Positions 42,801 to 50,353 of a stretch of 64,000 bases of DNA are shown piece by piece. A program made the position numbers and the translations under genes. Source of the stretch: Balanoglossus misakiensis (taxonomy: Eukaryota; Animalia; Hemichordata); assembly GCA_040954595.2 (NCBI GenBank), contig CM082588.2, forward strand, positions 9,222,844-9,286,843, given 5' to 3'. Position 1 is the stretch's first letter; the number at the start of each line of letters is the position of its first letter. The notes below the pieces were generated by a model that was given only the letters and a program-made list of their open reading frames with translations, was not told the origin of the DNA and did not search any database.

Positions 42801-45800
42801 AACTGAAGAAGGCCTATTTTCGTGTCTGGCCTGCACTAGTGGACTGACAACAAGTGGATTTGGAGCTTTCACTATTGATAATTGCACAGGTAGATTCTTG
42901 GCCTTTAGTTCTGTTAATTATATTGCATGTTGTTCCTTCATGAATCAAGCTTGTCATTTCGATCAACTATATCATGTTTAACATTTCTGAACATATAACA
43001 TATGATTCAATGCGACATGCTAAATTCAAACGAAAAAATATATATATTTATGCATATTATAACCGATGTGTATACGCCCCGTCTTGCAATGATAGCTTCT
43101 ACAAACAGACAGACAGACAGACTGGCAGACGTGAATTGGAGTGTAATAGTTAACAATGTGCTAGTGTAAGGTACTTACATGTACTTGTGTGTGGTTGCAT
43201 GTATGCATGTATCTGGCAATCATTGTGAATCAGTAAGTACACAAGATGGAGAATTACCAAGCTTTAAAGCTATAGTCACTGTTCTATTGATGTGGCTACC
43301 AGTAGTAGTCTCTGACCAGTTCAGTGGAACTTTGGACAAGCAGAATCGTCAATTGTGTTCTTACGATTGGCCCATTTTACCCGCTGTGTTTCCAAAACCC
43401 CGAAGCTCATTTATTGAAATGTTACTCTTCCACCCTATGATGTTTCTTTCGTACAGCTGCTTGTAGAAATCCTGGTGAGGAACAATCCGCCAACGACACG
43501 TGCGTACCGTGTCCTCGTGGTAGTTACCGGTCAGACCCAGAAAATCAGCCCGGTTGTGTGCCGTGTCCGTTCGGGTACACAACTGAAGTGGTGGGTGCCA
43601 CATCAGCCACTGAATGTAACATTGGTAAGTCATTGGGGACTGAAAGGGCAGAAATTGTCAATGCCTTATGAAGTGTGTCATCTCATGTGTGTGACACCTC
43701 ACCAGTTTTTGTTTTAGGGGTAAACCCAGTGACTACAGTCCTTTGCTTGTCATGCTTGCCTTTATTTTGATTCTAAACACAATGAAAGAATTGTTAAACG
43801 TCAACCTGAATTCAAAATGAGAATATAATTTGGTTGAGTGGCGGTAGGGTGTGTCTATATCGCGCAATGCGTTGGCATTTAACGTTCACTGAATCGTGTC
43901 GTTTAAGATTTTATTGTCTTATTCTCCAATCCAGGACCATATCATGACATTTCTTTTCTTGCGTTCAACAAGTCAAATGAGTAGAATAGCACATTATTGA
44001 TTTATGGAATTCAAGCATTTTAAATTCTTTTTCAGCTGACTGTAACGTTGGTTACTATCGCAATGTGACGCTCAACCTTTGTGTTAAATGCCCAATTGGA
44101 TTCTACCAGAATGAAATGCATCGAGACTACTGTAACAAATGTGCCGAGGGATATACCACATCTACAACAGGTTCAATAGACATAACTGAATGTGTAGGTA
44201 AGTGTCAATAGGATCTCACATTGTATAACTTGAACTTCTCATTGTGAAAAAAATGTAACTGAAGAGGCCATTGGTTATTTTTGGACTTAGTTAGGCTAGG
44301 TTATAGACTGCCCTTTCACGTCTGTGTCATAACATCAATTTGGCGTTGGATGGGGACTGTGAGCACGCCAGAAATTTCAACCAAAATCACCAATTCATAC
44401 TCACATAAAGAATTTTACATACTGGTGGCCGGCTGAGACTAACTTACATTTGACATGTCTATCTGAGAACTATTTGACACGTCTATACCTGCGTTCACAC
44501 CTTGACTTCGATCAATAGTTTTTTGAAATGCTTATAAATTGTATTCTGGTTTGCATTGTAACTTCGGTACCTCTAAGCTTCAATGTAATTCTTCTGCAAT
44601 GTTCGACCTGACATAAAGAAAACTAAATTAACTGTATTGTTTCCGCCAAAGCTACTGTGAGTGTCAGCCCAAACGTCCAGGAAATGACGCCATAACGTAT
44701 TTCGTCACGACACATAACAATTCAAGTAAGGCTTGCCATTGGAAAGTATTTGTGTAAATATTCTTTAGTTTTACGCGTATATATGTTTAAATCTAGTTTT
44801 TGTTTACTGATGTAGACTTGGACGAGTGTTTGGTGGACATAGATGATTGTGCACTACACGCAGACTGTATTAATATTGTGGGCAGCTATCGATGTGTCTG
44901 TCAAGATGGTTATGTAGGTGATGGCTTCAGCTGTACAAGTAAGTTATATCACCACATGTTGGCATTTCAACTGTAAGTAGATATCGACAGGCAATCGACA
45001 GGCAATGTGTGTGCCATGGTGTTTGTTTGTTTGTTTGTTTGTGCGTGCGTGTGTGAAAGAGCGATTCTGAAGCGTATCGTGAGAATCGATTTCTCTATAT
45101 TCATGAGAAATATATCAGAATGTAAATATGTTTTTAATCAAGTCAAAATAAAATCATCGTTCCTTTTGTTTTACTTTAACATAAAAATAATTGAACTAAA
45201 ATATAGATGTTTTTATTTATATTTTGGTGTGTATGTCTGAGTGAGAAAGCACAAGGCGACAGAGAACGTGTGTGTGTAGGTATAGGTGGGTAGCTGGCAT
45301 ATATATTACTCTAAACAATATCACATGTAAATGGGAATATATAATAAATACGTTCAATATAAGCGGATGTTCACTTGAGATCATTTTGATTGTATATTTT
45401 TACGCTTTAGCTATTATTATGGCGTTAACTGCGCACATCTACCGGCAACATTTCTTTGTGGATACACAGTAAATCATCACTAAATCATCTTATTTAACTG
45501 TTGAACAATACACACAAGAACGGGAGTTTTCATACTTATACTGCATTTTTTCTGTTAGATACAGACACCAATCAAACGTCTGAAATAAGTACTGCAGCAC
45601 TTCCAAAGAATGGAACACTTCATGAAGAAGGTAATACAACTGTTCATATGACTAGAAAAGTCGAGTGTAGTTTTTTTAATGAGACAAATATTACTGGTGA
45701 CCGAGGTTGAGTACCACAAACATTGAGGCAAATTGGAGCCCTATGACACCACATTGTGCGCAATGAATATTTGGCTTGTGACCCTCCAGAGTCATGCTTT

Positions 45801-48019
45801 CAGCAATTTGGGAGGGGAGGGGTGTCATTTATGCATGGTAGCTGATCCACAAATACCATCTAGACCTGACCCTATAGTCATAAAAATGACACATGTTTAA
45901 ATCATGTTGGATAGAACACTTAGTTGATTTATCAATGCGTGTCGTGGCAGAAAATTACCAAACATGCTAGGTACGAAGAACGTAGCGTCAAAGACTTTTT
46001 GGTCCCATCTGGGGATTACACAGAAATGTGTGTATGCCACTAGGAACAGGCCTACCGAATTTCAAAGCAATTTGACAAGTTGTTTCGGAGAATAGACGCT
46101 GCCTCATATTGGCCAGATGGTTTCAATCTTGGTGGTGGAATTGGGTTGATTTTTGTGGCAATTCCTTTTCGTTTATCTTGTTGTGATTTCTAGATTATTA
46201 TAACTGTGTTTAGGATATGGACTTATCTGTGCTAAAAGTCTTTATTTCTCCTGCTGAATATTGCATTTCTATAAGGCCAAAAAATACTTTGTGCTGTTTC
46301 GATTCAATGGTTTTCAAAAATAGCGTAGATAGGTAGGGAATTTTTTTTATTTTGCATTATTTTTATTTCTCTGGCCGCCGTGGTGTAGAAGAAAGACGAG
46401 TCTGTACAAAGTTTGGGGTCGGCAGGTTAAAATTTGGCTTGTCGAGTAATCGGTACAACACATATTTTTTTATTTTGTCCTAAGGTCTAACTCTCAATCG
46501 CACGTGATTAAATTAATGAACTGGATATTGTGCATAATATTCATTATTTCTGTCCTCTATAACAGGAACCGGGATAGTTATTACAAGTACTGAATCACTA
46601 ACGACCAGCACAGTGACCACAGATAGTAAAAGCAAGAGTTCAACTAATGAAGGTAATTTGGTGTCCAAAACGCCATTTTTGCCCACTTCCACCAAAATGC
46701 AGTGTTTTTTGCATAATTTACTTGACCTGGGGTTGTATGTAAAAAGAAACCGCCAAAATCGCAGTTCGCTTGATAGAAATATATTTTTAAAAAATGCAAA
46801 AATAATACTACCAAAGCTACAAATGCGAATATTATCATTGACATCATATATGTATTTTTTCCATTCCAGAAAGATTCGATATTACTGTCATAACAAGTTC
46901 AATAGTGTCTGCTATTGCATTTGTATTAGTGATTGCAGTTATTATTCAATTGATAATAATCAGGTAAGGTTTTGTCTGAAGGATGTTCGGTCGGTTAAAA
47001 TGAAATTATTGTCATTTGGCGTACTTTTTCCCAAAAATGATCACTGAATTTATTTTTATTTGACTGAGCTATGTTCAAGTATTTAAAAAATGACAATAGT
47101 TCTGTGCGTACATTTTTAAATGTTAAGATCATCATTGCTGCAGAGAAGACTGAATCATACCTGTTAAATTAACATCAAACAAATATGTAAATTCTTTGAC
47201 ATCAAATGACGTCAGACGCGCTCAGGTGCAGTTTAAAGGTATACGGTCACCTATGGAAATTTAGCTACAGTTACCATGGTAAACTTGAGATCTAGCCAAT
47301 CACGGATTTTCAGTGGGTGGCACACGCGAAAAAGAGAGTGCCACCATATGTTCTTTAGAACCCTCAAATACGCCATTTCAGCCATATATGGGCGTGTGTA
47401 AATTGGAAGTGACTGTATACCCTTAACGTTGGCATTCAAATTTCCAAATGACCGGCAACTTCAGCAACGTGGTGCAGACGAACGCCATGAGGCTGATGAG
47501 GCACATGATACCTGATACATGTTACGTGTCTGGCGGTTCTAAAGTAAAAACATACTCGGAAAAAGTTTTACTGGATGCCGAAATATTGTTTGCCCGTCAC
47601 CTGGAAATGACAATGCTGTTGGTCACATGGCCAGATCACGTGATTGATACTAAAGAATTTCCCAGTTATCTAATCCGACTGTGTGTTGTTGTTTCAGGCG
47701 GATGGCACGGCGTCGTGACAGAATTCTTGCAGAGCAACAAGAGAAATTGATGAGAAATTTCATTTTGGGTGAAACCATTAGTGAGTTGATATTTGACGGT
47801 GCTGACATGTTAGGCAGTTTTGCCACAACTCAAGAGCCAATGCGAATACCCAGGGCAAGGATTGAGAACGGGGCTATTCCCTCCGACTTCTACCACTACA
47901 ATCCTGTCTATGCCATTGGTTATGGACGCAACTTCCGAAATGAAGCGAATATTGCTTCGGTCGATGTCATGGTGCATTCGGATACACTTCAGTCCCAACC
48001 AGAGTCTCAATATTTCTAA
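201..48019 (+). CDS. Giant multi-exon type I transmembrane protein, Uninflatable (Uif)/SVEP1-like (LDLa-CUB-Sushi-EGF-mucin-HYR-GCC-EGF-pentraxin/LamG-TM); 5' end lies outside the window
   Basis: 49 AG/GT-bounded exons with compatible phases: 201-439, 1041-1242, 2735-2886, 3360-3561, 3816-4000, 4493-4676, 5122-5307, 6284-6466, 7086-7271, 7687-7872, 8378-8503, 8990-9181, 9708-9917, 10362-10553, 10885-11070, 11340-24260, 24427-24546, 24864-25010, 25195-25431, 27128-27340, 28019-28227, 28940-29180, 29824-29979, 30801-30959, 31109-31270, 31694-31793, 32377-32756, 33521-33724, 34313-34446, 34856-35049, 35305-35429, 35801-36061, 36518-36677, 36930-37109, 37690-37979, 38766-38909, 39480-39575, 39973-40173, 40779-41031, 41572-41717, 41895-42056, 42728-42889, 43457-43624, 44036-44197, 44816-44938, 45559-45630, 46566-46652, 46870-46963, 47698-48019. 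Summed length 21,596 nt starting in phase 1 closes exactly on the stop codon. Domain order resembles Drosophila Uif (from recalled architecture). Confidence 0.85.
679..937. mobile_element. MITE family A (ggccaaaa...gtgctgttccgattac TIR)
   Basis: About 30-bp TIRs and T(N)A-type flanks; at least 7 copies in the window. Confidence 0.85.
1264..2271. repeat. Interspersed repeat family E (host of the 1410-2200 MITE)
   Basis: gttgtgtccacacac...cccatagacaatgggttgcggagag...gtccctgtgtgaccccata also occurs without the MITE at 31434-31651. Confidence 0.8.
1410..2200. mobile_element. PIF/Harbinger-like MITE nested in another repeat
   Basis: TIR ggctgcattcacaaacacctctggagggggg / cccccctccagaggtgtttgtgaatgcagcc; direct TTA target duplication at 1407-1409 and 2201-2203. 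Confidence 0.85.
2523..2560. repeat. (GACA)n microsatellite
   Basis: Direct reading. Confidence 0.95.
4177..4458. mobile_element. MITE family A copy (opposite orientation to 679-937)
   Basis: Same TIRs; internal sequence is the reverse complement of the 679 copy. Confidence 0.85.
4876..5005. repeat. Compound (CAC)n/(CAA)n/(CGA)n microsatellite
   Basis: Direct reading; intronic. Confidence 0.95.
5122..7872 (+). CDS. Exons 7-10: four Sushi/CCP domains
   Basis: Phase-1/phase-1 exons of 183-186 nt at 5122-5307, 6284-6466, 7086-7271, 7687-7872, each with the C..P...C..GY...C...G.W....P.C pattern. Confidence 0.9.
5363..5635. mobile_element. Non-autonomous TTAA element family B (Kolobok-type termini)
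   Basis: TTAA|agggacaaagtctctctctcgctgccc ... gggcagcgagagagagactttgtccct|TTAA; largely palindromic. Partial copies at about 6632-6967, 11094-11293, 24625-24821, 59420-59498. Confidence 0.85.
7928..8235. mobile_element. Family B TTAA element copy
   Basis: Same TIRs, TTAA on both sides. Confidence 0.85.
8378..9181 (+). CDS. Exons 11-12: two calcium-binding EGF domains
   Basis: DVNECNNVSCGNNSFCRNYNGGYSCECFHGY (8378-8503) and DIDECNTPELNECNHICQNRQGGYQCSCYEGY (8990-9181). Confidence 0.9.
8689..8972. mobile_element. MITE family A copy
   Basis: ggccaaaataaa...gctgttccgatt ... attggaacagcacatgttattttcttggcc. Confidence 0.85.
9199..9510. mobile_element. MITE family A copy
   Basis: ggccccaaat...ttccgattacccgacctacc ... 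gtaatcggaacagctcat. Confidence 0.82.
9708..11070 (+). CDS. Exons 13-15: three Sushi/CCP domains
   Basis: 9708-9917 (CDLP...CDRGY...CQKDGLFSGPLPTC), 10362-10553 (CGEP...CNEGY...CDYSPTQEKYEWSGLTPEC), 10885-11070 (CGEISPP...CDSRY...CQSDGTWNGTIVHC). Confidence 0.88.
11340..24260 (+). CDS. Exon 16: 12,921-bp giant exon encoding the N-terminal three quarters of a Sushi domain plus about 4,260 aa of Thr/Ser-rich mucin-like repeats
   Basis: Acceptor ttcacag|gt at 11339/40 and donor tcag|gtacag at 24260/61. The frame has no stop over 13 kb, including the highly diverged repeat portions. It begins GDCFDPGVPLNGQILGGSFTVGSMFRFTCNPGYDLSDEYPLLC. Confidence 0.85.
12970..18640 (+). repeat. Homogeneous coding minisatellite, 72-bp unit (TDQTAVPEAFTSTDGTGTLLLTTG), about 78 copies
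   Basis: Near-identical tandem units acagaccaaactgcggtacccgaagccttcacttccactgacgggacagggactctactgctgaccactggc, visible directly. Confidence 0.97.
18640..24170 (+). repeat. Diverged 72-bp coding repeat array (TDQSTSHERITSTDGMDTPRMTTS-type units)
   Basis: Same 24-aa register with substituted units. Degenerate units also occur upstream of the homogeneous block (about 11900-12970). Confidence 0.93.
24427..25010 (+). CDS. Exons 17-18: end of the S/T linker, RKRR furin-type site and C-terminal strand of the interrupted Sushi domain
   Basis: 24427-24546 DRDVGYSPQATSFAVPTTD...; 24864-25010 VRKRRSVEDSYY...FSVAWNATVPTCI. Both are phase 1/1 with good splice sites. Confidence 0.82.
25195..29180 (+). 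CDS. Exons 19-22: HYR domain, Sushi-like domain and Cys-flanked SEA-like linker
   Basis: DVQPPILQCP...TAIDYNGNKAECHFSIQV (HYR, 25195-25431); CSELSLPTPADGHKSC...CNVSCPLGYDF...YVCDDGGFWSPNNSVPDC (27128-27340); 28019-28227 and 28940-29180 are in frame and end in CCGDGQIFKSNFC. The SEA-like label is tentative. Confidence 0.8.
25465..26764. mobile_element. Internally deleted Kolobok-type DNA transposon (1.3 kb) with THAP and KolX remnants
   Basis: TTAA flanks at 25461-64 and 26765-68. Imperfect TIR aggaattattacacctat / ataggtgtaataaactct. + strand 25756-25860 KRCVVGGCKNTIRSVHRFPKSKGLREKWERFV (THAP N-half). - strand 26480-26240 ...QPYRFEP...RVGNIDW|gt (KolX/P2X7-C-terminal-like). Confidence 0.78.
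26895..27025. repeat. (TCA)n plus (CAC)n microsatellite
   Basis: Direct reading; intronic. Confidence 0.95.
29403..29687. mobile_element. MITE family C (TA flanks, ttctt...aagaa termini)
   Basis: TA|ttcttcgatatcaaatgacgtcagac ... cacgtgactgatactaaagaa|TA; 4 copies in the window. Confidence 0.82.
29824..31270 (+). CDS. Exons 23-25: three GCC2/GCC3 (Ephrin-receptor-like) Cys-rich repeats
   Basis: C..CP.GTYQ...GQTSC..CP motifs, e.g. CLSCPTGTYQNEIGQTSCVSCPSG, SDTGLEPCQQCPIGSYQP, SPTGLKPCVPCPRHFFQP. Confidence 0.88.
31434..31651. repeat. Interspersed repeat family E, copy without the MITE
   Basis: Collinear with 1264-1409 plus 2204-2271. Confidence 0.8.
31694..36061 (+). CDS. Exons 26-32: tandem array of about 12 Notch/fibropellin-type EGF repeats
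   Basis: Repeats such as [36 protein letters not shown] and [36 protein letters not shown] across 31694-31793, 32377-32756, 33521-33724, 34313-34446, 34856-35049, 35305-35429, 35801-36061. Confidence 0.9.
33017..33362. mobile_element. Family B TTAA element copy
   Basis: Same TIRs, TTAA on both sides. Confidence 0.85.
33780..33829. repeat. (GAT)n microsatellite
   Basis: Direct reading. Confidence 0.95.
35101..35139. repeat. (GTTGT)n microsatellite
   Basis: Direct reading. Confidence 0.9.
36518..37979 (+). CDS. Exons 33-35: pentraxin/laminin-G-like domain plus short EGF-like segment
   Basis: SADFDLLF...FTMSFWVRF; INNGQWHHVIAV...FMDG; ITLGQ...FQGEISQLNVYD...IAGNC...GEIVPW, then CPQGLSGTLC. 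Confidence 0.87.
37343..37629. mobile_element. MITE family C copy
   Basis: Collinear with 29403-29687. Confidence 0.8.
38058..38392. mobile_element. Non-autonomous TTAA element family D
   Basis: TTAA|agtccccatagctgccaaattt ... aaagtggcagctctggct|TTAA; 3 copies in the window. Confidence 0.8.
38766..41717 (+). CDS. Exons 36-40: second HYR, Sushi-like domain and SEA-like region with a KRKKR site
   Basis: DKMPPRVLRCP...WEEPIFTDN / GGVFAWGQYLITYVATDTSGNTAACIF (HYR); CAIPAPPVNGARVCDSWQYGAFCSIDCLEGYEF; ICSSAKRKKRQTST; LTVDPESFVIESTLYCMEGQVLTDGRC. Confidence 0.85.
38961..39281. mobile_element. MITE family A copy (reverse orientation)
   Basis: ggccaacaaaa...gtgctgttccgattac ... gtaatcggagcagca...ttttggcc. 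Confidence 0.85.
40331..40634. mobile_element. Family D TTAA element copy
   Basis: Collinear with 38058-38392, TTAA flanks. Confidence 0.8.
41895..44938 (+). CDS. Exons 41-45: four GCC/Ephrin-receptor-like repeats and one calcium-binding EGF
   Basis: CVQCMKGMYQDREQQTSCQSCPSG; CQSCQPGYYQTEEGLFSCLAC; CVPCPRGSYRSD; CVKCPIGFYQNE; DLDECLVDIDDCALHADCINIVGSYRCVCQDGYVGDGFSC. Confidence 0.88.
42067..42361. mobile_element. MITE family C copy (reverse orientation)
   Basis: Reverse complement of 29403-29687, TA on both sides. Confidence 0.82.
45559..48019 (+). CDS. Exons 46-49: S/T-rich juxtamembrane stalk, transmembrane helix and about 105-aa cytoplasmic tail
   Basis: 45559-45630 and 46566-46652 are S/T-rich. 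46870-46963 encodes ITVITSSIVSAIAFVLVIAVIIQLIII, followed by basic RRMARRR in 47698-48019. The tail contains YHYNPVY and ends SQYF-stop. Confidence 0.82.
46275..46480. mobile_element. MITE family A copy, internally deleted
   Basis: Both TIRs present, centre shortened. Confidence 0.75.
47192..47657. mobile_element. MITE family C copy interrupted by a nested TTAA element
   Basis: Family C sequence resumes after 47426. Confidence 0.82.
47237..47422. mobile_element. 186-bp nested TTAA element (Kolobok-type termini)
   Basis: TTAA|aggtatacggtcac ... gtgactgtataccc|TTAA inside family C. Confidence 0.8.
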
Positions 48020-48266
48020 ATACTGAACAAAAGACATTTTATGAATGCTTGACGGAAATGTGATCAATGATATAGCGTGTAAAGGAGAGGCTATTTAGTG
48101 ATAGTTCAAGTTGATTTTACCCGGATACTTATTAGTTACTGGTAGCTATGATGTTTGTATTCCAATTCCTATTGAACCACGTTCATCATGTACGAGAAAA
48201 CGTGTATTATAATTGAACCCATCTTAAGAGCTACTTAAACATGAAATTCAATGTTTGTAAGCTTCC

Positions 48267-48272
48267 AATAAA
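48267..48272 (+). promoter_or_regulatory. Candidate polyadenylation signal of the giant gene
   Basis: AATAAA about 250 bp after the stop codon; position-based only. Confidence 0.4.
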
Positions 48273-48585
48273 GTCAAGTATGCTCTGATTCGGTCGTTGT
48301 CTGTGGCTTTGGTTGCATGTAGACAGACTGAGCGTGTGAGCGATTTTTTCCAAGATGTGTTTCGAACCCAGGAATGATTCGCCAGAACGTTATATTTTCT
48401 TTCACTTCCACTAACCAAGTTTAGTTCAAGTTTGTTTAACTGTATCATTACTGCATGGTTCTAACATTGACCACCTGTTATTCTGATACACAAACTCTTC
48501 TTAAAATCCACTCTTTGTCACCAAAGGCAAAACTGCATCATTTTTTCAGTAACACTACAGCCCGTGTGAGTTGGGACTTTCTTTA

Positions 48586-48902
48586 GCCCCCCAAAAATAT
48601 GACTGTGCTGATCGGATTACTCGACCTACCCTTATTTTAACCCGCCGACCCTAAACTTTTTAGACAGTTCGTAAACCTGGAGGTAAAATAACGATGTCAA
48701 ATATACAGAATTTATGAAAATTGCGCGAATCACGCTCCCCATACGATGAAATCGCGCGCACCACACAAGAACTATGACGTCATTCTTCTAAACTGGCGGC
48801 CAGAGAAATAAAAAAATCGCAAAATAAATAAAAAATTCCCTACCTACTACCCTGTTTTTGAAAACCATGAAATCGGAACAGCACATATTATTTTATTTGG
48901 CC
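48586..48902. mobile_element. MITE family A copy
   Basis: gtgctgatcggattactcgacctacc ... aatcggaacagcacatattattttatttggcc. Confidence 0.82.
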
Positions 48903-48974
48903 TTATTATCCTGTGTAATCTAAACCGTAAGTCCCCGCGCCCTTGTAAGAGTAACCTACACATCACAACACAGC

Positions 48975-49516
48975 TAGACTGTCGACAGTCCCTCGCGCCT
49001 AATGTGTATCGATTTGGCGTTTCGTGCGAGGGCCGTAAGGCCCGTATCTTTTGAGGGCCGAAGGCGCGATTCGGTGTTTCGTGGTTCGAGGGCCGTAAGG
49101 CCCGAGGGCGTGGCCCGAGGGACTGTTATAGCTTGTTTCGCCCTCACACGGCATTGTCAGGAAATTCACCTGTAACGCAACTGGCTTTAGTTCGGGACAT
49201 GTAAACATGTGACAGGAGCATTCGTCTATATTTTCCAAGAAAGGCTTCTGGGCTTCCGAACACAAGATTAAAGCTCCCCTTCACCAGATTTGCTTGAACT
49301 TGATGATCGGACGAGCTAACATGTTTACATGTCCCGAACTAAAGCCAGTTGCGTTACAGGTGAATTTCCCGACAATGCCACGCCCTCGGGCCTTACGGCC
49401 CTCGCACCACGAAACACCGAATCGCGCCTTCGGCCCTCAAAAGATACGGGCCTTACGGCCCTCGCACGAAACGCCGAATCGACACACATTAGGCGCGAGG
49501 GACTGTCGACAGTCTA
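48975..49516. mobile_element. Foldback non-autonomous DNA transposon with about 200-bp TIRs and an 8-bp TSD
   Basis: TAGACTGTCGACAGTC... / ...GACTGTCGACAGTCTA termini; direct repeat AACACAGC at 48967-48974 and 49517-49524. Confidence 0.88.
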
Positions 49517-50014
49517 AACACAGCATGAACGCCGCTTAGTTGTATAATGTTAGACACATACATTTCTTTTGCTTAGTACGTCATTTCGCATTACAGGGGG
49601 TAGACTTGGCATTCTGTAGACTTGCTCCAAGTCTATGGGCTGTGTAGGGAACGTGTCGACGCTACCCGAAACCACAAGCTCAGTCGCAAATTCGAAACTC
49701 GCCTCACTACCAAAAACACGCTTAAGGCAAGCATGCATGCAAAAAGTATTGAAATTATTTATTAAGACAAAAAACCACCGAAAACACAAAAAGTATTGAG
49801 ATTTAAAAATCACCAAGCGACTAGTGGGCTAGTCTAGGCATTCTGGGAATTGACACCTGCATGACAAATGCATGGAGTACTGGTTCACCTAAAAATCACC
49901 TTGCTCATGCTCTGTGATCAACGGCTATTTATTGGTTTAGCATACACAATGCTTGGCTGACACATATCCCTGCTTTTATCTTGATCTCGGCCACATCATC
50001 AGTTGTCACGTTAA

Positions 50015-50353
50015 AGCCTCCATGCAGAGCTGCCAAATTTCACATATATAATTCAAATCTATTCCCTGTCATTTAAAATCCTCATCATCAAGCCATAATC
50101 CTTGCATTTGCATCAGTTCGTCATCTCTTGGTGACGCATACTACGATAGCTGTGCACTGTTTGTATGATGGCTGATTAAAACGGTGCAGCACCCGTTTAA
50201 TATACAGTGTATAGCATGTTCAAATTGCAACATACAGCCACAATCGGGCATCAATAAGATGTTGATGTATACCTATCAGTAAGCTTGGTGTACCATTCTA
50301 CGTTGGAAAATAAAATCATGAAAATACTGCAAAATACGGCAGCTCTAGGGGCT
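50015..50353. mobile_element. Family D TTAA element copy
   Basis: Collinear with 38058-38392, TTAA flanks. Confidence 0.8.

Noticed and set aside
45559-45630. 72-bp S/T-rich exon equal in length to the mucin repeat unit
   Set aside because: No recognisable sequence similarity to the unit; the length match is probably coincidence.
48999-49539. Two near-identical small ORFs on opposite strands (MFTCPELKPVALQVNF...)
   Set aside because: Artefact of the long inverted repeat of the foldback element.
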